Of a DNA stretch of 64,000 nt, positions 41,098 through 51,000 are shown piece by piece. The stretch comes from an uncultured bacterium. Its GTDB lineage: Bacteria; Acidobacteriota; HRBIN11; JAKEFK01. The translations under genes and the position numbers were made by a program. The notes under the pieces were generated by a model. That model saw only the letters and a list, made by a program, of their open reading frames with translations, did not search any database and was not told where the DNA came from. Position 1 is the stretch's first letter; the number at the start of each line of letters is the position of its first letter. Location of the stretch: positions 1,024,001-1,088,000 of the forward strand of contig CAVZQN010000004.1 of NCBI GenBank assembly GCA_963777505.1. The letters run 5' to 3'.

Positions 41098-43923
41098 TTA
41101 GAAATCTACGCCTAAACCAATCTCAAGGCGTCGCGGTTGCGTCCATGTATCAACCACGATGATACCGCGGCGATACAGGGAATCTGTGAATGCCAGTTCC
41201 GTATCTGCGTTGAGTATGTTGTAGAAAGTTCCGGACAACTTGAACCCAAAGTCCGGACCAAGACTGAATCTCCGGCCTACGCCTATATCGATCGCTTTAA
41301 CCATACCCAGGCGGAAATCTCGTTCCGCGGTGATGGTTCTTGCTCCTTGATTCAGTATACTGCCAGGAACTCGAACCGGGCGGTTGTGGTATTTGCCGGA
41401 TTCAAAATCAGCCGTTACGGATCCCTGTAGCTTGCCGGGCAGATTAAAGAAGGCTGCCTGGATCCGGAACATATGTGGACGATCGCCCGCGAGGGGTCCG
41501 ACACTGTTTACATAATTGTTCGGATCGGACCCATCTGTTCCACCATAAAACGGATTGAATTGGATGGAGGAAAGTAGACGTGGTATCGTTCCTTCTGAAC
41601 GGGACCAGGTATAGTTCGCGTTCAACGCCCAGCTGTTTGCAAAGCGCTTCTCAAACGTGAGAAGAACAGCATCGTAATTCTGGAAATAATCCGGTGTTCC
41701 GCCTGCACAAGCGCTTCCACTCGGCATGATGCTGCAGAAATCTCCAGGATTGTTTCCTTTTGTCAGAATTGGCGATTCAACCACATTGAACAGCGTAAAA
41801 ACATTACTGGGATCTGCCGGATCCACAAATGTGACCGGCTCGTAGGCTCCGCCTAATATCTGCCATCCGATCAGGTCATCCGTATCCTTTCGTACATACT
41901 GGATCCCTGCTGACATATCTGTACCAAACTGTTGCTCATATCCGACCGAATACTGCAGGGTGCGAGGCGGATCCAGATTTGTATTGATTACTGTATTGTT
42001 AATGATTTCCCCGAAGGGGATATCAAATTGACCAGTGTCCGGATTAAACCCAAAAGAGAGTAGAGGAGAAAGTTCGGGTGGTGGATAGTCCCAATTCCCC
42101 GTGACATTGTGATCGTAATAAACTCCAACGGATCCTTGAATCTTCGATCTTCCATCCGATGTAGGTTGAAATACAAAACCGAACCTGGGTGACCACACAT
42201 TCCAGTCGACAACATCCACGCCGGGGATGGTGCCGCCCGCATCCGCAAAATTGCCGACAGGTGTGAGCGATGGAGTGCCAACAATTAGACGTTCATATTC
42301 CGGAATGGATCCGGCGTTGTGGTCGAATCTTAACCCGAAGTTCAGAGTCAACCGGTCATTGACTGTAATTGAATCGTCAAAGAAAATTCCGATTTCATTC
42401 GTATCGGCTCCGTATTGCCAGGGATCTTGAATGTAACGCGAGTAGGGAGCACCATAGTAAGTGTAAGTATAGAAGCCGTTTACTCCCAGGCCATTGATGG
42501 AAGTATTGTGTCCCACGGTGTACTGCACGCCGAATTTGAACTCATGCTCGCTGTTCAAAAAATTATCGGCATAATGAGTTGCTTTACCACGGAATGAATG
42601 TCTCCAGGTTTTGTATTCCCATGGATAATACGAGCCGCCTTGATAAATCGGTTCACCCGGCCCAGGCGCTATTTCGATTACCGGATCTTCAAAAGGAGCT
42701 TCAATGACCGAATCGTAAAGGTCCAGCGCATCCCAACCAGAGTATCCTGCTTCCAACAGTAGATTCTGGGAACGCGTAGAAGTCCAGGTTGCTCCCCATG
42801 CCTGTGTGTCTCCGCCTTCTCCAGTGAGCGCGGACAACTCAAAATCTGGTGTCAGAGTGTTGGGAGAATCCCAGTTTTCCCAGTGGAAGAATCCGGAAAT
42901 CTCATTGCTGTCATTGATCATCGCGCTAACTTTTCCACCATATTTATCGCTTTTATACGGGATTCCTTCCTGCAATTCTGGAAGGGTGCCAGGGGTGCTT
43001 GCAGTATCGCGGTACGTTTGAATACCACCATGGAACCACACTCTATCTTTAATGATTGGACCTCCAACACTACCAAAGATGTTCCGGTATTCGAGCCGCT
43101 CAAACGTTGCCGCTTCTTCGGGCACATCAGTCAATTCGATGTTGTCTCCCGTGAGACTGTCTGTCAGAATAAACCAATTGGCAGAGCCATTGATTTCGTT
43201 TCCACCTTTCTTTGTGACCACGTTAAACACGGCTCCTGTATGGTTGCCGTATTCGGCAGGGGCTCCCACACCAAGCACCTGAATTTCTTCAACCATATCG
43301 GAATTCACGCTGAACCAGACAGAACCTGTTTCCGGCGCAGAGAGATCCATTCCATCCACGTGCCATGCGTTCGATTGCTGATTCGATCCAAAAGCAATAG
43401 TACGATCGGATAATGCATCGCCGTAGCTTGCGGTTACTCCCGGAGCCATTTGCATCAAGGTAAATTGTGAATGTTGTGTTGGTACTTCTTCCAGTATTGC
43501 CCCTGAGTAACTTGTGCTTACACCTGATTCTTTAACATCGATCAACGGTGTTTCACCGATAACTGTTAATTCCTCAGCTGTTCCTTCCAAACCCATCGTA
43601 ACCGGGACATTTGCAGTCCCATCCAGAGAAACATTGACACGTTCCACATGGATCTTGGAAAAGCCGGTAAGTTCTAAGTCTACCGAATAAGTGCCAACCG
43701 GTAGAGAAGCAAAGCGGAAAACTCCCATTTCATTTGTTGTTACTGTACGTGTACCACTGATGATCGCTTTGCTGCTGATCGTAACATTCACACCAGGTAA
43801 CGGTTTGCCTTCCGGATCAAGAACAGTTCCTCGTATGTCACCACCGGTAACTTGTGCGAATGTTATCGCAGTAATTGCAACGAAGAAGAGCACAGATAGC
43901 GCTAATGTCAGTTTCTTAATCAT
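41098..43923 (-). CDS. TonB-dependent receptor 2 (paralog of 35676-38504)
   Basis: Same architecture; shares blocks such as DRTIAFGSN.QSNAW, AEYGNHTGAVFNVVTKKGGN, GVYYDHNV.GNWDYPPPEL, YTWSRSEG; C-terminal F. Confidence 0.9.
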   Translation of the reverse strand: MIKKLTLALSVLFFVAITAITFAQVTGGDIRGTVLDPEGKPLPGVNVTISSKAIISGTRTVTTNEMGVFRFASLPVGTYSVDLELTGFSKIHVERVNVSLDGTANVPVTMGLEGTAEELTVIGETPLIDVKESGVSTSYSGAILEEVPTQHSQFTLMQMAPGVTASYGDALSDRTIAFGSNQQSNAWHVDGMDLSAPETGSVWFSVNSDMVEEIQVLGVGAPAEYGNHTGAVFNVVTKKGGNEINGSANWFILTDSLTGDNIELTDVPEEAATFERLEYRNIFGSVGGPIIKDRVWFHGGIQTYRDTASTPGTLPELQEGIPYKSDKYGGKVSAMINDSNEISGFFHWENWDSPNTLTPDFELSALTGEGGDTQAWGATWTSTRSQNLLLEAGYSGWDALDLYDSVIEAPFEDPVIEIAPGPGEPIYQGGSYYPWEYKTWRHSFRGKATHYADNFLNSEHEFKFGVQYTVGHNTSINGLGVNGFYTYTYYGAPYSRYIQDPWQYGADTNEIGIFFDDSITVNDRLTLNFGLRFDHNAGSIPEYERLIVGTPSLTPVGNFADAGGTIPGVDVVDWNVWSPRFGFVFQPTSDGRSKIQGSVGVYYDHNVTGNWDYPPPELSPLLSFGFNPDTGQFDIPFGEIINNTVINTNLDPPRTLQYSVGYEQQFGTDMSAGIQYVRKDTDDLIGWQILGGAYEPVTFVDPADPSNVFTLFNVVESPILTKGNNPGDFCSIMPSGSACAGGTPDYFQNYDAVLLTFEKRFANSWALNANYTWSRSEGTIPRLLSSIQFNPFYGGTDGSDPNNYVNSVGPLAGDRPHMFRIQAAFFNLPGKLQGSVTADFESGKYHNRPVRVPGSILNQGARTITAERDFRLGMVKAIDIGVGRRFSLGPDFGFKLSGTFYNILNADTELAFTDSLYRRGIIVVDTWTQPRRLEIGLGVDF

Positions 43924-43956
43924 AACTACGCCCTCCAGATTGAAGAGATCTGCTTG

Positions 43957-43973
43957 GATGCAGGAAAATAAGA
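43957..43973 (-). promoter_or_regulatory. Conserved leader element TCTTATTTTCCTGCATC (copy 2)
   Basis: Identical to 38544-38560. Confidence 0.55.
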
Positions 43974-44037
43974 TTTACGGTTTGCAGTGGAAAAATTTTT
44001 TTCCTCGTTTAACGATTCTAAAGATCTTCTGACGAGA

Positions 44038-44046
44038 ATTATAGCA
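44038..44046 (-). promoter_or_regulatory. Extended -10 element (TGCTATAAT) of receptor 2
   Basis: GCGTGCTATAATT, as upstream of receptor 1. Confidence 0.65.
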
Positions 44047-44086
44047 CGCGATACATCTTCCATGTGCATCTTAGATGTAACACGAC

Positions 44087-44103
44087 ATTTTACAATGTGG
44101 AAC
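44087..44103. promoter_or_regulatory. Palindromic operator-like site ATTTTACAATGTGGAAC
   Basis: Same motif and nearly the same offset from the -10 element as at 38674. Confidence 0.55.
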
Positions 44104-44241
44104 GTAGCGCAATTTCTACTGCCAATCATGGCTTGTTTGGGACGAAACGGACTAAATTCGGTATGAACTTGTAAGCAAAAAATGTGTGATATTTTCAAAA
44201 ACCAAGAAAAAATCGGTTTCTCGGAAAAATAAAACGAACTT

Positions 44242-46197
44242 TTATTTTGATATCTTACAGAGTGAAGAGAGAAGTTCTAATTGATTACGATACAACTCCA
44301 TATCTTTAGGATTCTTAAGTTGGGTTGCCACTTCCAACCGGAGTTTTATTGCTTCGACTTCATAAGGCGATTTGAATAAAACTTTATCCAATATAGAAGC
44401 CGCATTTTGAAATTCTTTTGCATTTAAGTAGAGCTGACTAAGGGCTAATAAATCTTCTTTTTCTGCAACACCTTGTTTGTCAATTCTTGAATAATGTTCT
44501 ATCGCCTGATTGTGATCTCCCTTTTGAATTGCATCTTTAGCTTCCTGCCTAATTCGAAACGCCTGATTCATAATCGTCCATTCGTTTCGCTCTTCGGTTT
44601 TCAATTCTTCAAATCGCGTCATCGCCTTTAATGCTGCCGTTTCATTTTCTTCCCTTGTATAAATCAGACCAAGGTTGTAATAGACCTGCGAATTTTTTGG
44701 CGCCAGTTTTTCCACTTGAAGCAAATATTGTTTTGCTTTTTCAAAGTTGTTCTGATTCAGATACAAAACGCCAAGACTGTATAGAGTGTTAATGTTTTCA
44801 GGATGATTGGCTGCATGTTTTTCAAGAATTTCTCTCAGTTGAACAGAATCGGATGCAGTTAGTACAGCTAGAGCAAAGGAAGCAATATCTTCGGCAGCTT
44901 CAGGATTTTTTTCAATGGCTGATTCAAGAGCTTCCATTGCTTGTGAAATATCCATCTTTTCGTAATAAAGATTTCCTAAAGTTACGTATGCTGCTGCTTC
45001 CTGAAAGCCAAGTTCAATCGCGTGTTTACATGCTTCGATCGCTTCAGTTATCTTTCCTTTCTGCTTCAGAATTGTTGCCAGAATGTAATGAAGTGAAGCT
45101 TCTTCAGGCTTTGCACTGATTGCTTTTCGAATTGAGCATTCGGCTGCTTCATTGGCTTGCATATTTCTTGCGAGAATCGCAAGGCGAGTGGAAATCGCCG
45201 GAACATCGGAAAGCCATTGCATAAGCTGCTTATAAGTCGCCAGAGCCTCCCAATTTTTTTGCTGCTTTTCAGCTGCTTCAACTTGAATCAGCAAAGCGGG
45301 AACATGCATCGGTCTGTCTGCAATGATTTGCTGAGCGAGCTTTTCAGCCTCTTCAAAATTCTTCTGATTCAATGCATTCGAAGCGAGTGCCATAATCTGA
45401 ATCACACGAGGACTCAAGATTGAAAAATCAGGAATACTTTTTCCTGATTTCTTAAGAAAGAGATGGATCACAGGGTTTTGGTCATCAATGTGATAGGCGA
45501 TTTCCAATAATGCATCTGATTTGAAATGAATTCCTGCTGCAAGATAAGCGTCAGCGGAACCCAGGTTTTCTCCCAGTAAAATCTTGATGTTTTTGTCGGC
45601 TGCTGGTCCTCCTTTCATGGCGTGAATGAAGAGTCCTGCTGCTGTTGTTTCATCCATGCCTGACAGAATCTGTAGTGCGGTTTGGCGATTGTTTTGATAA
45701 ACAAAGACTTCCGCTAAAAGGAGTTCTGCTTCGCTGTCATTTACTCTTTGCAAATCTTCAATCGCAGGATCGAATTGGTTCAAAAATAAATTTGCGCGTG
45801 CACGCCATTGAATTGCCGGCAAAAAATTCGGAGAGGCTTTCAATGATTCATCAAAAGATTCACGTGCCTTTTCATATTGATGTTGAAGGAGTTGAGCTTT
45901 TCCAAGCAAATGCCATGCAAGATGGATCCGTTGAGGCTGCGAGGCAACTGCAATCTCAAGATGTTCTTGCGCGAGCTTCGCATCGCCTTGTTCCAGTGCA
46001 ATTTGACCAAGCATCAAGCGGGCAGGTCCATGTTTCGGTTCTTCCTTGATAATTTCTTCAAATAAAGCGGTGGCTGATGCAACATCACCTGAAGAAAACA
46101 CACGTAGAGCTTCTTGCATCTTTGCTGCGACACTTGATTGTGATGTGGCCGTGTTACAGAGAAGAATAACCGCAAAGGCTCGGAGAAAAACTCTCAC
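44242..46197 (-). CDS. Exported tetratricopeptide repeat protein
   Basis: Signal peptide; many TPR-like units (AWHLLGKA, AYVTLGNLY, TLYSLGVLY, VYYNLGLIY). Confidence 0.87.
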   Translation of the reverse strand: MRVFLRAFAVILLCNTATSQSSVAAKMQEALRVFSSGDVASATALFEEIIKEEPKHGPARLMLGQIALEQGDAKLAQEHLEIAVASQPQRIHLAWHLLGKAQLLQHQYEKARESFDESLKASPNFLPAIQWRARANLFLNQFDPAIEDLQRVNDSEAELLLAEVFVYQNNRQTALQILSGMDETTAAGLFIHAMKGGPAADKNIKILLGENLGSADAYLAAGIHFKSDALLEIAYHIDDQNPVIHLFLKKSGKSIPDFSILSPRVIQIMALASNALNQKNFEEAEKLAQQIIADRPMHVPALLIQVEAAEKQQKNWEALATYKQLMQWLSDVPAISTRLAILARNMQANEAAECSIRKAISAKPEEASLHYILATILKQKGKITEAIEACKHAIELGFQEAAAYVTLGNLYYEKMDISQAMEALESAIEKNPEAAEDIASFALAVLTASDSVQLREILEKHAANHPENINTLYSLGVLYLNQNNFEKAKQYLLQVEKLAPKNSQVYYNLGLIYTREENETAALKAMTRFEELKTEERNEWTIMNQAFRIRQEAKDAIQKGDHNQAIEHYSRIDKQGVAEKEDLLALSQLYLNAKEFQNAASILDKVLFKSPYEVEAIKLRLEVATQLKNPKDMELYRNQLELLSSLCKISK

Positions 46198-47906
46198 CTC
46201 TGCTCCTCTGCACCCCTGCTCCCCTGCAGATTCGGTTTGGCACCGCGCTTAATAATGTAGAAATTATCTGCTTGAATCCCGTTGTGGACTTCCACGCCAC
46301 CATCGGGCCAGCGGATTTCTATCCGTTCAACTGTTGCAGAATTTCCCAATCCATAATGAAGACGCAAATCGGATTGTGATGCATAGCTGCCACCAGAAGA
46401 AATCTGGCGATGTTGAGAAACGCCACCTGCAGTAACGATTATGCGCGCTCCCATTGCAAGCGGGCTACCTTTTGTATCGATCAATTGTAAGTTGATCCAA
46501 TGAGTACCAGTTAACTGGGTTCGATTTTCCAGATAGGTCGGCTTTTCATCTTGATTGCTGATAATAAAATCGAGATCGCCATCGTTGTCAAAATCAGCGT
46601 ACGCGCCACCGCGTCCTGATTTCTTCAACTGAAAGCCTGGTCCAGCATCGGGTGTCCTATCACGGAAACGGCGATTGCCTTCATTCAAAAAAATTGTATT
46701 TCTTTGGCGGTAAGTTTCATGAAGATCGGGATCCTGATCAACTTGAGGATAAATATGCCCGTTGGCAATAAAAATATCCAAATCGCGATCGTGATCTAGA
46801 TCCAAAAAGAGAGTCGCCCATGCAAGCGGAACAAAAGTTGGAATTGCAATTCCTGCTGCGAATGATTCATCTGTAAAAAATTTTCCATTCTGGTTCTTAT
46901 AAAGCGTGTCGTAATCATGAGCAAAATTTGTGACGATCAGATCAAACCATCCATCATTGTCATAATCGCCAAAAGCGATCCCCATACTTCCTTGTTCTTC
47001 GCCATCTGCATTGTATGCGGTGCCGGTAGGTGTACCGACTTCTTCGAATGTACCATTGCCGCGGTTTCGATAAAGACAATTCGGGGTGCTGTCATTCGCG
47101 ACGTAGAGATCGACGTCTCCATCATTGTCATAATCGAAGCTCACAACAGACATGCCGTAGAATTCACTTCCTTTTTTCAAACCCGATTTTTCGCTTGCTT
47201 CGGTGAACGTTCCGTTTCCGTTGTTGATATAAAAACTATCGATACTTCCTGGAAGTCCTTTGGGGCCATCTAATACAGGAACTTTTCCACGCCAAAGTCG
47301 TGTTCGCTTTGCAGAGTGAATTTCTTCCCAGGTGGCATCAACGTAATTGGCTACATATAAATCATGATCGCCATCACGATCGGCATCAAAAAAAGTACAG
47401 CCAATACTCCAGCGTGGATCCCCCACGTTGGCTGATGCAGTAATATCAGCAAAAGTTCCATCACCATTATTTTTGTAAAGAATGTCTGGTCCGAAGTTCG
47501 TTACAAAAAGATCCGGATGACCATCATTATTGATATCTCCAATGCATCCACCTTGACCGTATACAGCTGCGCCAACGCCGGCTGACTTTGTCACATCTGT
47601 AAATTTTCCCTTACCCTCATTCCGATAGAGCACATTGGAGTGTGGCCCGGTTTTTCCTTTTGCGGGGAAGCTGAATGCATTCACGAAATAAACATCTTGA
47701 TCGAAATCGCCATCGAAATCGAAAACGATGACTCCGTTTCCTGTTGACTCAAGAATGTGATTCTTTTCCGCGCCGCCCGTGTATGTGATTACCGAAAAAT
47801 TCGCAGATGCAGAAGAGTCAACAAAATTCAACTTGATTGGTGTAGCCGTTGCGCCAATCAGTACGATGGAGCTGAAAACAATTAAGGATTTGAGAAGGAA
47901 TTTCAT
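46194..47906 (-). CDS. CRTAC1-family protein (FG-GAP repeats plus ASPIC/UnbV domain)
   Basis: DxDxDGDxD FG-GAP loops, LYRNxGxGxF repeats, GGSYASQSDLRLHYGLG...IEIRWPDG. Confidence 0.9.
   Translation of the reverse strand: MKFLLKSLIVFSSIVLIGATATPIKLNFVDSSASANFSVITYTGGAEKNHILESTGNGVIVFDFDGDFDQDVYFVNAFSFPAKGKTGPHSNVLYRNEGKGKFTDVTKSAGVGAAVYGQGGCIGDINNDGHPDLFVTNFGPDILYKNNGDGTFADITASANVGDPRWSIGCTFFDADRDGDHDLYVANYVDATWEEIHSAKRTRLWRGKVPVLDGPKGLPGSIDSFYINNGNGTFTEASEKSGLKKGSEFYGMSVVSFDYDNDGDVDLYVANDSTPNCLYRNRGNGTFEEVGTPTGTAYNADGEEQGSMGIAFGDYDNDGWFDLIVTNFAHDYDTLYKNQNGKFFTDESFAAGIAIPTFVPLAWATLFLDLDHDRDLDIFIANGHIYPQVDQDPDLHETYRQRNTIFLNEGNRRFRDRTPDAGPGFQLKKSGRGGAYADFDNDGDLDFIISNQDEKPTYLENRTQLTGTHWINLQLIDTKGSPLAMGARIIVTAGGVSQHRQISSGGSYASQSDLRLHYGLGNSATVERIEIRWPDGGVEVHNGIQADNFYIIKRGAKPNLQGSRGAEEQR
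46195..46226. repeat. Four tandem octamers CAGRGGWG (minus strand)
   Basis: CAGGGGAG CAGGGGTG CAGAGGAG CAGAGGTG at the CRTAC1/TPR gene junction. Confidence 0.65.
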
Positions 47907-48012
47907 AACAGACTATTAGAGCCCTACTGTAACATCGAGATTAGGGAAAAGAAATCTTTACATTTACGCTATTCGAAACGGCCGTTTTTTTACCACAGAG
48001 TCACAGAGAAGT

Positions 48013-51000
48013 CTAAGGTTCTTGTGATTGCATTTGGCTTTGGCCGGACCAGTTGGGGTCGATGCGTGGGAGTTTGTGTTCTACGCGGCGGGTGTTGTAC
48101 TTCCGCAAATACTCTTGATGATCAGCATCCTGCGGGTAATTTTCATCTTCACTATATGGATACCGGGTCATACCATGAAAAGGCAATGGTTCTACGGTAT
48201 TCGAGGTAGCAGTATTTAAGTCTCCATCTTTTAACCAGCCAACTGTGTAGATTAGATAATCGCGTGTCCAGCCATCCGGAAGTTTTGGAAGGGTAGTGGC
48301 ATCAAATTCTACAGCGATTTCATCGCCTGCATTGAAGATTACATATTTGCTATCGGAGTCTGTCAGTAGTGAGTTTACATCGCCAAATTTTGTATAGTTG
48401 CCGGCCAAATCGCGCCATAAAGGTTCTTTGCGAACGCTGTTGTAGTCAAACCAATGCGGGCCATAAAGGCCTTTGCGGTAAAGTTTGGAGAAGCCGCGAT
48501 AATGCAAATCACTGGAAACTGCTTTCAATGGAGTCTGAGTTATCGGCGAAGTCTGATCCGTTTCAGCAAAAAAGATTTGATCCCAATAAACTTCCATACT
48601 GCTGCGAATTCTGATCTTTGAACCGCCATCCATTTTTCCGCTGAGATCTACGACAACCGTTTTATCTTTTCCGCCCGGAAAGCCAACAGATGCTACCTGT
48701 TTCCAATTTCCATTTTGATCCAGCACTTCAACATACGGAGCTGTGGCGCGTTCCGATTTGCCTTGACCCAAACCGGTGTTAATGCTTGCATCACTTGGAA
48801 AAATCCATCCATTCAGAAAAAGGATCAAACGATCCGATTTTGCAGTCGGACCCGCATCCAGAATCAAATCATGCATCGATGTGATTCCCTGAAACTTTGC
48901 CGGGATCAAATTCGGAGTATAAGAATCATCCTTATTAAGGATGTATGGCAAAAGATCATCGCCTCGGTCATTTATAGCCGTGCGAGGAACAATTTTTTCG
49001 GTGACCTTATATATATGAAGCGGTGGAAATGGTGGCGGGATAAACTTTTCGTCAACAAAAATGTCGGAGTCACCAGGATGATCGACTGCAACTAACGTAA
49101 CTTCATCCAGATAAGGCGTTTCCCATAACTCTTCGGTAATCCTCAAAGAAAGCTTTCCATCTTTTGGCTGGAGCTGTCTTGACGATATCTTTACATATTC
49201 TCTGGACGCATCCGCAAATGCGTAGGTGGTGGAATTTCCCATAATTCCAAGTGGCATTCCTAATGCGCTCCGCCACAAAACATCTGTGACAAACTCATAT
49301 TGTTTTCCATTCCACGCATATAAAAATGCACAGGATCCTTTTAATATTTGTTCTTCTACGATTGTCTGGTTGGCATTTGCAAGAATTCGATTTTGGGGAA
49401 CTCCATTCGTCCAAACGACGCGTACAACATCGGCCGTTAAATAAGAACCCAAACCGAAATGTGTGAAAGGCTCCATCACAACACGTTTTTGATAAAGTTC
49501 CCCGGTTAGTATTTCAACCGAGGCGCCGATTGCGAAACGATTATTTTTACCGCTTCCTGTACCGAGTCCTTTAAGATTTATGTTGAGCCAGCGATTCGCG
49601 TTTCCTCCGGAGTTTTTCAAAAGTCTTGTGCCGTTTGCATCTGACATCAATACATCAAGATCTCCATCGGAATCGATATCAGAAATTGCCCAATCTTCAA
49701 CTGCTTGAAGGTTTTTTGGCAAGACAGAGGACTGGTCTTCATATTTTGCCCCGCCAGTATTTCGGAACAACATTGGAATTGGTGCTGCAATTAGAAGATC
49801 GAGATATCCATCATTATCAAAATCCGCGTACGCTGTTTTTGTGATTCTTGAGTTTGCTGAAAGGTTAATCCCACGCGAAGAAGATGTTTCTGCATTCAAT
49901 TTCTCATTCTGATTTCTGTAGAATCGTGATTCGTTTCCGTTTGCAGCAAAAACATCTAAGTATCCCTGGTTGTCATCATCTCCCGCAGCAAGTACCACCG
50001 CAGCTTTTGGGCCCGTGAGAGCTGTTGAAGTTTCATCCTGAAATCGGCCTTCGCGCAAATTGGAATAGAGTTTGATTGACTCTTCGCCCGATACAATCAG
50101 ATCCAGATCCCCATCTTCATCAAAGTCAAAAAAGATTCCATCGTGTTGATTTTCTCCCGCAAGACCCATTGGATCGGAGCGTTCTGTAAAAGTACCATCG
50201 CCATTGTTTCTATAAGCCGCATTTTTTCCGTAACCGACTTTGAAAAAATCAAGATCTCCATCTTGATCAAAATCAAAAATCAATGTTTTGGAAGAGCCGA
50301 TACTTTCCGGGAACCCTAATGTCTTTGTTACATTCGACCAATTTCCGTTACGGTCATTTCTGTGGACCATCTGAAAATCAGCACCTGCCTGATATAAATC
50401 AAGATCGCCATCATTGTCGTAATCTGCAAAAGCGGAAAAAGTGGATGGTTTTTCACTTCCCAATTTCAGCACTTCAGAGAATTTACCTTTTTCGTTTTGA
50501 AAGAGACGTCCACCTGCAAATAGATCGGGATCGCCATCGGAATCATAATCACCTAACGCGAGTGCGCCTTGTGCCGTTAGGTGAACACCACTGTCTTCGA
50601 ATGAAAATGGAATCGAACGAGACGCCAGAACTTGTTTTTGAAATGTTGGATCAAAAAAAAGCAAAGGGAATCCAATAAAAGGAGCTCCAGGTCCTTTTAG
50701 CTCTGTGATCCCCGCGCGGTAATACGCCGTAGGTTTTAAAACATTATGAAGCATCACAGACAACGTAACAGCCTCTTGCGGATTCTTATGAAGTGCGTCT
50801 AAAGTATTTTGAATCAGTTCATTTGTCGTTTCTTCGAGTTCAGGTAATTGCTGACGAAGCTGTTGTAGTAGTCTGATTGCATCTTCTGTGCGACCCGCGC
50901 GAATCAATATTTCAAGATATTGCAACTGAACGGCGATATTACCTGGTTGTTGATCGGATAGCGTTTCAAGTTGGAGCAATACCTTGGAAGAGTCTGCCGA

